From assembly GCA_973895155.1 (NCBI GenBank), contig OZ316894.1, positions 22,812,609 to 22,876,608 of the forward strand: a stretch of DNA of 64,000 nt. Reading direction: 5' to 3'. Shown piece after piece: positions 63,801 to 64,000 of the stretch. Both the position numbers and the translations under genes were made by a program. A model generated the notes under the pieces. The model saw only the letters and a program-made list of their open reading frames with translations. It was not told the origin of the DNA and searched no databases. Every line of letters begins with the position of its first letter. Within the stretch, counting starts at the first letter, position 1. This DNA comes from Marsupella aquatica (Eukaryota > Plantae > Marchantiophyta).

Positions 63801-64000
63801 ACTCGTTTCCAGAGTATTCCACAGCATTAGTTTAGTACCTGTAACTTGTGCACTCAGAAGACGGTTTCACATCAGAGGGACTACTTTTGAGCATGAAATC
63901 TTACACCAAGCAAACGAGTTGAGTTTTTCACTCTGCTCGACGAGAACTCAGTTGGAAGTGAAATCTATGCACTTGAGTTCGAGTAAGTTTTATTCATAGA

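Overview
Eukaryotic, intron-rich, TE-rich plant DNA. The gene content suggests a land plant with flagellated sperm (bryophyte, lycophyte or fern); this is an inference. (1) 1-25.4 kb is a tandem segmental duplication carrying two intact 7-exon aldo-keto reductase genes. Copy 1 carries insertions that can be delimited against copy 2 or by target-site duplications: an L1 fragment, a Helitron with a nested MITE, a CRE/R2-like RLE retroelement, and a 296-bp TRIM whose LTRs are built around a tRNA-derived Pol III promoter. (2) 26.2-45.0 kb is a cluster of five apparently intronless linker-histone (H1 winged-helix) genes with poly-Arg or Arg/Ser tails, i.e. probable protamine-like sperm nuclear basic protein precursors. 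They form two subfamilies and include two head-to-head pairs. (3) 46.9-53.7 kb is a multi-exon N-acetylglucosaminyltransferase I (GnTI/CGL1) gene on the minus strand with an AT-AC U12-type intron. (4) 54-64 kb holds tandem repeats, a decayed Ty3/gypsy integrase-PHD remnant and unassigned sequence. The most notable items are the H1-to-protamine cluster and the tRNA-LTR TRIM. All calls come from manual reading; no database searches were run.
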